Shown: piece after piece, positions 40,736 through 50,304 of the stretch
How the letters are laid out: each line of letters starts with the position of its first letter
How positions within the stretch are numbered: the first letter of the stretch is position 1
Assembly (NCBI GenBank): GCA_005884925.1
Contig: VAYU01000024.1
Location: 41,120 to 105,119 of the forward strand
Direction: 5' to 3'
Source: Actinomycetota bacterium
Lineage (GTDB): Bacteria > Actinomycetota > UBA4738 > HRBIN12
DNA: 64,000 bases
Position numbers and translations under genes: made by a program
The notes under the pieces: generated by a model
The model's database searches: none
Seen by the model: the letters and a program-made list of their open reading frames with translations, nothing else
Told to the model about the DNA's origin: nothing

Positions 40736-41989
40736 TTGGTCGCCAACGTCCTGTGGCAGGGTCTCCTCAACGCGCTGGGCTCGGTTCTCGCCTGGATCTA
40801 CGACATCGTCCCGAACTACGGCATCGCGATCATCGTCTTAACGCTCGCGATCCGGCTCCTCTTGCTTCCTTTGGGGATCAAGCAGATCAAGAGCATGCAG
40901 CACATGCAGGCGCTCCAGCCGAAGCTGAAGGAACTTCAGAAGAAGTACAAGAACAACCGCCAGAAGCAGCAAGAAGAGCAGATGAAGCTCTACAAGGAGG
41001 CAGGAGTGAACCCGCTCGGCGGGTGCCTCCCGATGCTCCTCACCCTGCCGTTCCTCTTCGCGATGTATGCAGTCATCAGGCCTCCGACCTTGACCCCGTC
41101 CCAGGATCCGCAACAGAGGGGCTCCTTCGTCGTGGCCAACAACCACCTTCCGCAGGACAGCGCCCTGTTCCAGAACGTCCTGACACACCAGAACACGGAT
41201 TTCTTGTTCATGAATCTGCAGTGCAACCTCGTTGGGGCCGGGACCCAGGTTGAGATCAAATATAAAGACCCGGCTGATCGCCTGGTGAAGCAACTGCCAG
41301 GGCCCGGTAACACGACCGACGCCACGCCGGCGCCGATCTTGGGGAAGGATGGCACAGCCCTGCCCTTCAGCGCCCAAACGCGGGGCACCCTCGACTGCGG
41401 GCACCAGCGGTTCCCCGACATGATCCCGTACATCCTCCTGCTCGCCATCATGGTCGGATCCACGTTCTTCCAGACGTGGCAGATGCAACGGGCGAGCCCG
41501 AAGGACTCCCAGTCGTCGCAGCAGCAGGCGATCACCCGGGTGATGCCGCTCATGTTCGCTTTCTTCGGGCTGCAGTTTCCCGCCGGGCTGGTCCTCTATT
41601 GGACCGTTTCGAACGGTCTGCAGGTCGCCCAGCAGACATACCTCCTACGCGCTGGGCACATCGGTCCAGAGGCGCTGGAGCGCCGGATGGCCGAGCAGAA
41701 CGAGAAAGCTGCGAACCCCACGCCGAGGCGCGGCGTGATGAGCTGGATGACGGAGCGGGCGCAGGCCATACAGGATCAAAGGGGTCAGACACCGAAGCCG
41801 AAGGGGAACGGTTCCGCGCCTCAAAGGAAGAAGCGACCGAACCCGGGCCCACGGAAGCCGCCGAGCGGCGGATCGGCGCGCGGTGGGAAACCACCCGCGG
41901 GTGACCCGGGCGGCCGAAAGAAGGGTGCGGCGCCTGGGAACCAGCTGAGGCGCAACCCGAAGCCAGATCAACCGGAGGATGAGGCGTGA
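40736..41989 (+). CDS. yidC: Membrane protein insertase YidC
   Basis: 417 aa. TTG start. Conserved 60KD_IMP core (GGCLPMLLTLPFLFAMY). Confidence 0.9.
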   Translation: MVANVLWQGLLNALGSVLAWIYDIVPNYGIAIIVLTLAIRLLLLPLGIKQIKSMQHMQALQPKLKELQKKYKNNRQKQQEEQMKLYKEAGVNPLGGCLPMLLTLPFLFAMYAVIRPPTLTPSQDPQQRGSFVVANNHLPQDSALFQNVLTHQNTDFLFMNLQCNLVGAGTQVEIKYKDPADRLVKQLPGPGNTTDATPAPILGKDGTALPFSAQTRGTLDCGHQRFPDMIPYILLLAIMVGSTFFQTWQMQRASPKDSQSSQQQAITRVMPLMFAFFGLQFPAGLVLYWTVSNGLQVAQQTYLLRAGHIGPEALERRMAEQNEKAANPTPRRGVMSWMTERAQAIQDQRGQTPKPKGNGSAPQRKKRPNPGPRKPPSGGSARGGKPPAGDPGGRKKGAAPGNQLRRNPKPDQPEDEA

Positions 41990-42477
41990 ACAGCGACGTG
42001 CCGGACGAGGTCGATCTCGAAGAACAGGCTGACGCGGTCGCTGACTTCGTCGAGGAGCTCCTCGGCCAGATGGACATCGATGCGATCGCGGAGCCGGCTC
42101 AACAGGGCGAGCGGTTCTACGTCGATATCCTCGAAGGACCGCCGGAGGACCTGGCGCTGCTGATCGGCAAGCACGGTCAGACGCTCGATGCGATCCAGGA
42201 GCTCGCGCGCAACGTCGTCGGGCGGCGTCTCGACGAGCGGATCCGGGTCCTCGTCGATGTGGAGGATTACAGGAAGCGGAGGGCGTCCCGGCTTGAGGAG
42301 CGAGCGCGCGAGGCGGCAGAGCGGGCGCTGGCTACCGGTCAGGAGCAAGAGCTCGAGCCGATGGACGCCCTCGAACGGAAGATCGTTCACGACGCTGTGG
42401 CGAGCATCGTAGGCGTACAGAGCGGCTCACGCGGCGAGGATCCGAACCGGTTCGTCGTCGTCAGCCCGGCCGACTGA
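41986..42477 (+). CDS. jag: RNA-binding protein Jag/KhpB (KH + R3H)
   Basis: 163 aa. GKHGQTLDAIQELAR (KH) and C-terminal R3H. GTGA overlap with yidC. Confidence 0.85.
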   Translation: MNSDVPDEVDLEEQADAVADFVEELLGQMDIDAIAEPAQQGERFYVDILEGPPEDLALLIGKHGQTLDAIQELARNVVGRRLDERIRVLVDVEDYRKRRASRLEERAREAAERALATGQEQELEPMDALERKIVHDAVASIVGVQSGSRGEDPNRFVVVSPAD

Positions 42478-42508
42478 AGGATCGCCCCTCTCCTCCCAGC
42501 GATGGAGT

Positions 42509-43126
42509 ATGTTTCACGTGAAACATGAGGCTTGGGGTCGGTGGAACGAGCTGCTCGGCCTCGACATCGATGCTGAGGCCGTCGAACGGTTGGAGGACTT
42601 CGAGCAGCTCCTCCTCGAGAAGGCGCTCCCCCTTGGCATGATCGGTCGCGCTGACCGAGGGCAGCTGCGCGAACGCCACATCGTCGATTCGCTCCGGGCG
42701 GTCTCCTTTCTCGGCTCTCCGCCGGTTCGGATCGTAGATCTGGGCTCCGGCGCGGGCCTCCCGGGGATCCCCCTCGCGATCGCCCGACCCGACCTCTCGT
42801 TCTGCCTGGCGGAATTCCGCCGCCGCCGCGTCGCCTTCATCGAACTGGCGGTCGACAGCCTGCGGCTCACCAACGTGAGAATCTTCGCCGGGAAGGCCGC
42901 GGACCTGACCGGTCCGTTCGATCTGTGCCTGTCCCGAGCGTTCGCGGAGCCCGCTCGAGCGTGGGCGATCGCCCAGCCGCTGCTGTCGCCAGAAGGCAAG
43001 CTCCTGTTTTGGGCCGGTCGCAGCTTCGACGCCACCTCCGGAACACCTGAGGGAGCGCACATCTCGGTTTCTGTCCCTCTCAGCCTTGCGGTTGGCGGGC
43101 CTATCGTTATCATGACCCGGCAGTGA
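42509..43126 (+). CDS. rsmG: 16S rRNA (guanine527-N7)-methyltransferase
   Basis: 205 aa with a SAM motif (VDLGSGAGLPGIPLAI). Confidence 0.9.
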   Translation: MFHVKHEAWGRWNELLGLDIDAEAVERLEDFEQLLLEKALPLGMIGRADRGQLRERHIVDSLRAVSFLGSPPVRIVDLGSGAGLPGIPLAIARPDLSFCLAEFRRRRVAFIELAVDSLRLTNVRIFAGKAADLTGPFDLCLSRAFAEPARAWAIAQPLLSPEGKLLFWAGRSFDATSGTPEGAHISVSVPLSLAVGGPIVIMTRQ

Positions 43127-44580
43127 GCAAGCCTTCTCCCGGCGCTACTTCCTCATCCCCTCGTTCTGACAAGGGCACCCAGGGCTCTGCCACGGCTCCC
43201 GGTCCGTCGGGGGAGCCGGGACTGGCGCGGATCGTTGCCATCGCGAACCAGAAAGGCGGCGTTGGCAAGTCAACCACTGCCGTCAGCTTGGGAGCGGCTC
43301 TCGCGGAGCTCGGCTACCGGATCTTGGTGGTCGATCTCGATCCCCAGGGCAACGCGTCGACCGGCATGGGGATACGCCACGAGGCGCGACGCGTCACGGT
43401 GTATGACGTCGTCCTGTCGGAAGCGCCCATCGACAGTGCCATCGTGGCGACCTCGGTGAAGCATCTCGACGCGGTCCCTTCGACGATCGACCTTGCAGGG
43501 GCTGAGATCGAGCTCGTGAGCCAGTTCTCTCGGGAGACACGCCTCAAGAAAGCGCTTACCCCCGTCGGGGAGGGCCGCTACGACTTCGTATTCCTCGATT
43601 GCCCGCCTTCCCTCGGTCTCCTGACGATCAATGCCCTTACCGCCGCGGAAGAACTGATCGTCCCGATCCAGTGTGAGTACTACGCGCTGGAGGGGCTCGG
43701 GCAGCTCCTTCGGAACGTCAACCTGGTCCAGCAGAACATCAACCAGGAGCTCAGGCTCACGGGCATCGTCATGACCATGTTCGATCCGCGGACCAAGTTG
43801 TCGGAGCAGGTGGTGGACGAGGTTCGCCGCTTCTTCGGAGGGGTCGTGTACGACGTCGTCATCCCGCGTACCGTCCGGCTCTCCGAGGCGCCTGGCTACG
43901 GCCAGCCGATCACCGTCTACGACCCACGGTCAAAAGGGGCGGAGTCCTATCGACAGCTGGCCCGCGAGGTCGCGGGCCGCCCGCGACCGGACCGCCCGAT
44001 GCCCGTCTTCGACGATCTTCCGTCGGTCGTGGTCCAGGCTCCGTCCAACGCTACCTCAGAGTCGCCGGTCGATGAGACGTCGTCGCCGCACGAGCCCCCC
44101 GATGTGAGCCGGTCGACGCCGGGCCGTGGAGCCGAGCTGGACGGCGCGGCAAACCAGACCGCGTCTTCGCAGGTGGAGGCCGACGTCGAACCGGAAGCTA
44201 CTCCAGAGCCCGAGGCCGAGATGGCTACCGCCGAACCGAGTGAAGGGTCCGATCCGCTCCCGGCTCCGCCGGCTCCCGCCCTCGGCGAACACACCCAGGA
44301 CGAGGAACGCGGTGAGGTGGAATGGACCGAGGGGACTGCCGAGCCGCGCGTCCGGCCGCCGCGAGAGGTGCTCCCACCCGGTCGGCTCCCGGAACGGCGG
44401 GTCGTGGTGATCGGCGAGGACACCGAGATCGATATCGAGGCTGCGCGTGAGCCCCTGGTTCAGGTGCCCCAAGCGTCCCGTCCCTCCATCGATCTCGCGA
44501 ACGACATCGGGGAGACGTTGCAGGACGACGGCAAAGCACCGAAGCGACGGTGGCGATTGTTCCGCAAGGGAGGCCAATGA
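43123..44580 (+). CDS. parA: ParA/Soj chromosome-partitioning ATPase with an unusual acidic C-terminal extension of about 195 aa
   Basis: Deviant Walker A (KGGVGKSTTAV). The ParA core ends at about residue 290 (...SYRQLAREV). Beyond that the ORF continues without a stop through an Asp/Glu/Pro-rich tail ending KRRWRLFRKGGQ. Confidence 0.85.
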   Translation: MSKPSPGATSSSPRSDKGTQGSATAPGPSGEPGLARIVAIANQKGGVGKSTTAVSLGAALAELGYRILVVDLDPQGNASTGMGIRHEARRVTVYDVVLSEAPIDSAIVATSVKHLDAVPSTIDLAGAEIELVSQFSRETRLKKALTPVGEGRYDFVFLDCPPSLGLLTINALTAAEELIVPIQCEYYALEGLGQLLRNVNLVQQNINQELRLTGIVMTMFDPRTKLSEQVVDEVRRFFGGVVYDVVIPRTVRLSEAPGYGQPITVYDPRSKGAESYRQLAREVAGRPRPDRPMPVFDDLPSVVVQAPSNATSESPVDETSSPHEPPDVSRSTPGRGAELDGAANQTASSQVEADVEPEATPEPEAEMATAEPSEGSDPLPAPPAPALGEHTQDEERGEVEWTEGTAEPRVRPPREVLPPGRLPERRVVVIGEDTEIDIEAAREPLVQVPQASRPSIDLANDIGETLQDDGKAPKRRWRLFRKGGQ

Positions 44581-45479
44581 TGTCGAAGCGAGGAGGGCTC
44601 GGTCGAGGGTTGTCGGCGCTGATCCCGGGCGCGCCGGAGGCGGGTGAAGCCGCGGTGGGACTGATGGAGGTGCCGGTCAACGCCGTCGCGCCGAACCCGA
44701 AGCAACCCCGGACGCGCTTCGACGATGCAACGATCGCCACCCTGGCCGCCTCGATTAGAGAGGTGGGGATCCTGCAGCCGCTCGTCGTTCGCCGAGCAGG
44801 AGACGGACGGTACGAGCTGATCGCCGGAGAGCGGCGCCTCCGGGCCGCCAAGGCCGCCGGACTCGCAAGCGTCCCGATCGTCCTTCGGGATTCGGAGGAT
44901 GCCGATCTCTTGCGAGAGGCATTGATCGAGAACATCCACCGGGAGGATCTGAACCCGATCGAGCAGGCCGAGGCGTTCAAGGCGCTGCTCGGCGAGCTCG
45001 GGCTCAAGCAGGAAGAGCTGGCAGATAGGGTCGGTGTGTCGCGGTCACACATCGCGAACACGATCCGACTCCTCGCCCTTCCTTTGGAGGTCCAGCAGCT
45101 CCTGGCCGACGACAAGATCACCGCCGGCCATGCTCGCGCCGTGCTCTCGTTGGGAGACAAGGAGGCGATGACATCGCTCGCGACTCGGATCGCCGCGGAG
45201 GACCTGTCGGTCCGCCAGACCGAGGAGATCGTCCGACGATTCCTCGAGGTTCCCCAAGCGACGGAAGAGAAGCGACGCGTCGCCGAGTCCCTCACAGTCG
45301 AGGCCGACGCGAACCTGGGTGAGGTCGAAGAGATCCTGTCGGAGCAGCTCGCCACGCGAGTATCGATCCAGATGGGCGCCAAGCGGGGGAAGGTCGTGAT
45401 CGAGTTCGGGTCGCCGGATGACTTGGAGCGCATCGTCTCCGAGATCATCGGATCGGGTCCCGGCCTGGCTCCGGATTAG
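44577..45479 (+). CDS. parB: ParB/Spo0J partition protein
   Basis: MMSKRGGLGRGLSALIP. ParB box (LIAGERRLRAAK) and HTH. ATGA overlap with parA. Confidence 0.93.
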   Translation: MMSKRGGLGRGLSALIPGAPEAGEAAVGLMEVPVNAVAPNPKQPRTRFDDATIATLAASIREVGILQPLVVRRAGDGRYELIAGERRLRAAKAAGLASVPIVLRDSEDADLLREALIENIHREDLNPIEQAEAFKALLGELGLKQEELADRVGVSRSHIANTIRLLALPLEVQQLLADDKITAGHARAVLSLGDKEAMTSLATRIAAEDLSVRQTEEIVRRFLEVPQATEEKRRVAESLTVEADANLGEVEEILSEQLATRVSIQMGAKRGKVVIEFGSPDDLERIVSEIIGSGPGLAPD

Positions 45480-46411
45480 ATCCGGCGGAGCGCAGACCGT
45501 AGGATATCATCACACAGGTCGCTCAACGACATGCCCTGCGCTTGCGCGGCGATCGGCACCAGAGACGTTTCGGTCATCCCGGGTGAGACGTTGACCTCGA
45601 GCACCCAGGGTCGTTCCTTCGCATCGACGATGAGGTCGACCCGCGTCAGATCACGAAGGTGGAGGGCTGCGGCCGCAGTCGCCGCGGACGCGGCGACGGC
45701 GGCCGCAGCCCCCTCTGAGAGCCTGGCCGGGCAGAAATACTCTGTCGCGCCGGCCGTATAGCGTGCGGCGTAGTCGTAGACCCCCTCCTTCGGAACGATC
45801 TCGACGATGGGCAACGGTTCCAGGTCGGCGCCGGCAAGCGCTGCCGCCACCTCTTGACCCTCGACCTTCGCTTCGATCAGGGCCGCGCCGCTGAAAGCGA
45901 GCGCCGCCATCACGGCCTGGGGGAGGTCGCCCTCACGCTCGACGAAGCTCATCCCTAACGCCGACCCACTCCTCGAGGGCTTGACCACGCAAGGGAGGCC
46001 GACGCGTTCGGTCGCCTTGCCGAGCGCGGCGCCGCCACCGAGGTCGCGGAGCGCCCAGCCCTCGATCACGACCCAAGGCGGGGTCGGCACGCCGGCGCGC
46101 TGCAACGCGTCCTTCGCGAGCACCTTGTCGAAGGCCACCTCGCAGTCGAAGGCCGCGGTCCCCGTGTAGGGGATCTCGAGGAGGTCGAGGAGGCGTTGGA
46201 CGGTGCCGTCCTCGCCTTCCTTGCCGTGCAGTGCAAGCCAGCACAGGTCGGGCCTCCGCTCGCCCAGAGCCTCGACCAGCTGCACCTCGGCCGGATCGAC
46301 GAGCCAGGCTTCGTGGCCCAGCTCTGTGAGTGAGAGCGTCATACGCCGGCCACCCCGGAGGGATACGTCACGCTCCGGCGTCCTGCCGCCCGCGACGATC
46401 GCGATCCTCAT
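45476..46411 (-). CDS. ddl: D-alanine--D-alanine ligase
   Basis: 311 aa with an ATP-grasp fold (MRIAIVAGGRTPERDVSL...). Confidence 0.9.
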   Translation of the reverse strand: MRIAIVAGGRTPERDVSLRGGRRMTLSLTELGHEAWLVDPAEVQLVEALGERRPDLCWLALHGKEGEDGTVQRLLDLLEIPYTGTAAFDCEVAFDKVLAKDALQRAGVPTPPWVVIEGWALRDLGGGAALGKATERVGLPCVVKPSRSGSALGMSFVEREGDLPQAVMAALAFSGAALIEAKVEGQEVAAALAGADLEPLPIVEIVPKEGVYDYAARYTAGATEYFCPARLSEGAAAAVAASAATAAAALHLRDLTRVDLIVDAKERPWVLEVNVSPGMTETSLVPIAAQAQGMSLSDLCDDILRSALRRI

Positions 46412-47640
46412 GATCGGTGAAAGCTCCGATACAGGCGCTCGTCGTCCTCGAGGAGCGTGGCGAGCCGCGCAACGCCTTCACGGATCCGATCCTCGGTGGG
46501 GTAGCAGTAGGCGAGCCGCATCCGATCCGCGCCCCGCCCGTCGGGATAGAACGCGGTGCCCGGGACGTACGCGACCCGTCGCTCAACCGCCGCCGCGAGC
46601 ATCGCCGTCGTGTCGGTCCACGGGGGAAGCGTGACCCATACGTAGAAGCCGCCGAACGGATGCGTCCACGTGGCGGTGTCCGGGAGATGCTCCTCGAGCG
46701 CCTGGAGCATCGCGTCGCGTCGCGCCCGGTATGTTTCGACCAACCCGGAGAGCGCGGACCTCCATCGCGCGTCGTCGGAGAACCATCGCTCCGTGAGGAG
46801 CATCGTGAGGTTCGAACCGCAGAGATCCGCGGCTTCCTTGGCGAGCACGAGGCGCTGGATCACGGAGTGATCAGCCAGCGCCCATCCGACCCGCACACCT
46901 GGTGAGAATGTCTTCGAGACCGTCCCGAGGTAGATCACGTTGCGAGGATCGAGCGAGCGCAGGCAGGGCAACGGTTCACCCTCGAAGCGCAGCAGCCCGT
47001 ATGGGTTGTCCTCGACGATAGGGATCCCCGTCTCGCGACACAGCGCCACGAGCCGCTCGCGCCGCCGTCGCGACATGGTGACCCCCGCCGGGTTGCCGAA
47101 GTTCGGAACGGTGTAGACGAAGGTGGGCCGCTCGCCGCGAACGATGGCTCGTTCGAGCTGTTCGACGATCATCCCTTCGTCGTCGAGCTCGATCGTGAGG
47201 AAACGCGGTTGGTAGGCGGCGAACGCGGTGAGCGCGCCCACATAGGCGGGAGCTTCCACGGCGACGATGTCGCCGGGATCGATGAAGATCTTACCGAGGA
47301 GATCGAGCGCCTGCTGGGCGCCGGTCGTGATCACGACATCATCGGGATCGGCGTCCACGCCCTCCTCGGCCATGAGCATGACCGCGCGGTCACGCAGGGC
47401 GAGCTGTCCCTGGCCTCCTCCGTACTGCAGGGCCGTCGGTCCGAGGTCGCGGAGGACCTGAGTAGCCACCTCGAGGACGTCCTGCGCAGGAAGCGCTTCG
47501 ACGTAGGGCATCCCGCCGGCGAGCGAAACGACCTCCGGGCGGGCGGCGACCGCGAAGAGCGCCCGAACCTCGGATGCGGACATGCCGGAGGTCCGTTCCG
47601 CGTAGCGGTCGACGAAACGATCGATGGAGAACTCGGCCAT
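46408..47640 (-). CDS. PLP-dependent aminotransferase, class I (2-aminoadipate / aromatic aminotransferase-like)
   Basis: 410 aa with AAT-I fold motifs. ATGA overlap with ddl. Confidence 0.8.
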   Translation of the reverse strand: MAEFSIDRFVDRYAERTSGMSASEVRALFAVAARPEVVSLAGGMPYVEALPAQDVLEVATQVLRDLGPTALQYGGGQGQLALRDRAVMLMAEEGVDADPDDVVITTGAQQALDLLGKIFIDPGDIVAVEAPAYVGALTAFAAYQPRFLTIELDDEGMIVEQLERAIVRGERPTFVYTVPNFGNPAGVTMSRRRRERLVALCRETGIPIVEDNPYGLLRFEGEPLPCLRSLDPRNVIYLGTVSKTFSPGVRVGWALADHSVIQRLVLAKEAADLCGSNLTMLLTERWFSDDARWRSALSGLVETYRARRDAMLQALEEHLPDTATWTHPFGGFYVWVTLPPWTDTTAMLAAAVERRVAYVPGTAFYPDGRGADRMRLAYCYPTEDRIREGVARLATLLEDDERLYRSFHRS

Positions 47641-47711
47641 GGGGATCGAAGGAAGACGGTCAGCCTAGCATCCGCGTCCGCCCAGACCGAGGACCGCGCG
47701 CCACTCGATCT

Positions 47712-48668
47712 TCAGGGATCGAGGCGCGGGAGAACGTCGTTGGCGACGAGCTCGAGCATCTCGAGGTCGTCGTACAACTCGAGGTTCAGGAACATGCGTT
47801 GGACGCCCGCGTCCGCGTACTCGCGGAGGCGGGCGACCGCCCGCCCGCTCGAGCCGACGATGCAGTCTCGTTCGATCTCGACGCGATAGTCCTCGAACGA
47901 TCCGGCGTCCGGATCGATCGCATGCGCTCGACGAAGCTTCTCGAAGTACTCATCTTCGGTCCGCCCGACGAAGAACCAGGTCATCATCGACGTCACGAGT
48001 GAGGACGGATCGCGGCCTTCTGCCTCGAACCCGGCCCGCGCCCGGGCGAAGCGCCCTGCGACGTCATCGGGCGTGCCGCCGACCGTGTTGAACTCGTCCG
48101 CGTACCGGCCGACCAACCGTTGCATCCGCGGTCCGACGGCCTTGCCGCCCAGGATCAGCGGGGGGTGTGGACGCTGCACCGGTTTTGGGAGGAACTCGGC
48201 CGCGTCCAGCCGGTAGTACTTCCCGTCGAAGGAGAACCGATCCTCGGTCCATAGACAGTGGACGATCTGGACCGCCTCCTCCAGCCGCGCCCACCGCTCA
48301 TGGACGTCGAAGAAGGGGAACCCGAACTGCGTGTGCTCCTCCTCCCACCAGCCCGCGCCCATCCCGACCTCGACGCGGCCGTCGCTGATCTCGTCGACGG
48401 TCGTTGCCGCCTTCGCGAGGAGCGCCGGTTGACGGAACGTAACCGGCGACACCAGCGTCCCGAGCCGGATCCGTGACGTGCGCGCGGCGAGTCCGCCGAG
48501 GAGCGTCCACGCGTCCGTGGAGCCGCGGCCCGAGACGCCTCGCGCGCTGAAGTAGTGGTCGGATCGGAACAGCCCTTCGAAACCGAACTGCTCGCACGCG
48601 TCCGCGAGCTCGCACCAATCTCGCCACGCGACGCCTTGCTGCCCTTCGATCATCACGCACGCCCGCAT
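47712..48668 (-). CDS. LLM-class F420-dependent oxidoreductase (luciferase-like)
   Basis: 318 aa. TIM-barrel LLM motifs (LGTLVSPVTFRQPALLAKA, VGMGAGWWEEEH). Confidence 0.85.
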   Translation of the reverse strand: MRACVMIEGQQGVAWRDWCELADACEQFGFEGLFRSDHYFSARGVSGRGSTDAWTLLGGLAARTSRIRLGTLVSPVTFRQPALLAKAATTVDEISDGRVEVGMGAGWWEEEHTQFGFPFFDVHERWARLEEAVQIVHCLWTEDRFSFDGKYYRLDAAEFLPKPVQRPHPPLILGGKAVGPRMQRLVGRYADEFNTVGGTPDDVAGRFARARAGFEAEGRDPSSLVTSMMTWFFVGRTEDEYFEKLRRAHAIDPDAGSFEDYRVEIERDCIVGSSGRAVARLREYADAGVQRMFLNLELYDDLEMLELVANDVLPRLDP

Positions 48669-48806
48669 ATCGCTAGCCTAGCCGTCGATGTCGGAGCACC
48701 CTGAGCCGCCGGACGAGACGCGTCGCGCGATCCAGGCGATCGTGCTGGGGAGCGTCCTCGGAACGTTCCTCGCCCTGCTCGGACGCGCGCGTGATCGCCG
48801 CGCGTC

Positions 48807-49829
48807 TTAGCCGAAGAACCGCCGCGCGCCGCCCGCGACCGCGCGGGCGACGCGCGGCGGGAACCCCTCATCATCGATCAAGGAAGCCTCGAGCTCGTTC
48901 GTCGCGACCAGCGGTTCGACCTGCACGGCAGGCATCCTGGTCTCTCTGAGCATCCCGACCGTCAGGCGCTGCAGGCGGCCGCGGCGACCGAACTCCCGCT
49001 CCAGCTCCTCCAGGATCAGCTCGGCGAGCCGCCGACCGGCGGGGGAGTAGGTCGTGGCGCTGCCGAAGTAGGAGCAGGTTGGGCCGCTCGCCTCGGGGAC
49101 GCCGCCGCCCAGATGCACAGACACGCAGAGCGACGCCCCCAGCTCGTTGGCCGCTCGGGCGCGGTCGGATGGCGCAACGGTGTCGCCGTGCAGGATCTCC
49201 GGCTTCGCACCGAGGCCCGCCAGCTCTTGCGCGACCGACGCGGCCATCGCCTCCCGGACCTCCTCGGGGCCGTCCGCGGGTCCGTTCCCCGGATCGACCA
49301 CGATCACCTTCCCCTCGATCGACCCGCGCATCCCGCGGAGCTCCTCGCCCTCCCGCACGACCGCGCGGCTCGGCACGTCCTCGAGTGGCCGCATCCGCTG
49401 GATGGTCGCGATCGTGTGCAGACCGACCATGCCGTCCGGTTCTTCGCCGACGTTGCGTTGGAACTCGCGCACCGCCAGGTCGGTCCGTTGGCCGTGGACC
49501 CCGTCCTGCTTGCCGGCGTCGAACCCGAGGGCGTTGAGCTTCCGTTGAAGTTCGCGAACGTCGTCTCCTCGGAACGCGGGCGCGTGCAGGTACAGCGTTC
49601 GGTCGCCGAGCCGGAATCCCGCCTCGACCAGCTGCATCCAGGTGTCCGGACCCACCAGGCCGTCGACCCGGAGGTGGCGGAGGTCTTGGAACGCGCGGAT
49701 CGCCGCTTCCGTGGAAGGTCCGAACCACCCCGCCAGCTCATCGGGTGCCAGCGCGTATCCGAGGGCCGCCAGACGCTGCTGGACGTCCAGCACCTCGGAC
49801 CCGTGGTCACCGAGCCGGAAGACACGCAT
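48807..49829 (-). CDS. cwlM: N-acetylmuramoyl-L-alanine amidase with two peptidoglycan-binding domains (CwlM-like)
   Basis: Start MRVFRLGDHGSEVLDVQQRLAALGY. Two PG_binding_1 repeats, then an amidase_3 domain. It has the same position relative to trxA/trxB as Rv3915. Confidence 0.75.
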   Translation of the reverse strand: MRVFRLGDHGSEVLDVQQRLAALGYALAPDELAGWFGPSTEAAIRAFQDLRHLRVDGLVGPDTWMQLVEAGFRLGDRTLYLHAPAFRGDDVRELQRKLNALGFDAGKQDGVHGQRTDLAVREFQRNVGEEPDGMVGLHTIATIQRMRPLEDVPSRAVVREGEELRGMRGSIEGKVIVVDPGNGPADGPEEVREAMAASVAQELAGLGAKPEILHGDTVAPSDRARAANELGASLCVSVHLGGGVPEASGPTCSYFGSATTYSPAGRRLAELILEELEREFGRRGRLQRLTVGMLRETRMPAVQVEPLVATNELEASLIDDEGFPPRVARAVAGGARRFFG

Positions 49830-49884
49830 GCCACGAGTGTGCGACTCGACCGGGTGCCCCGCAAACGCGGCGGTTCTCAGGGAG

Positions 49885-50208
49885 CTACAGGTGTGGCGCG
49901 AGGTCGCGGAGGATGGCGTCCTTCGGCTTGGCACCGATGACCCGGGCAACCTCCTGCCCGTCCTTGAACAGGATGAGCGACGGGATCGACATCACGCCAT
50001 AGGTGCGTGTGGCCTGCGGGTTCTCGTCGATGTTGAGCTTCGCGACCTTGAGGGTCTCGCCCTTCTCGTTCCCGATCTCCTCCACGACGGGGGAAACCAT
50101 GTGACACGGGACGCACCATTCCGCCCAGAAGTCCACGAGGACCGGGGTATCGGAGTCGAGAACCGCTGTCTGGAAATCCGTTTCCGTGACCGTTCCGATG
50201 TTCGCCAT
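49885..50208 (-). CDS. trxA: Thioredoxin (active site WCVPCH rather than WCGPCK)
   Basis: 107 aa thioredoxin fold. DNA reads GAATGGTGCGTCCCGTGTCAC (E-W-C-V-P-C-H). Confidence 0.9.
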   Translation of the reverse strand: MANIGTVTETDFQTAVLDSDTPVLVDFWAEWCVPCHMVSPVVEEIGNEKGETLKVAKLNIDENPQATRTYGVMSIPSLILFKDGQEVARVIGAKPKDAILRDLAPHL

Positions 50209-50304
50209 GATCGTTCGTTCTCCTTCGTTCGGGGCCCCCCTGCGGGAACCGCAGGAACCGACCCCTACGCTCTCAGAACGCTACCCGGGCGGGCGGACAT
50301 TCCG

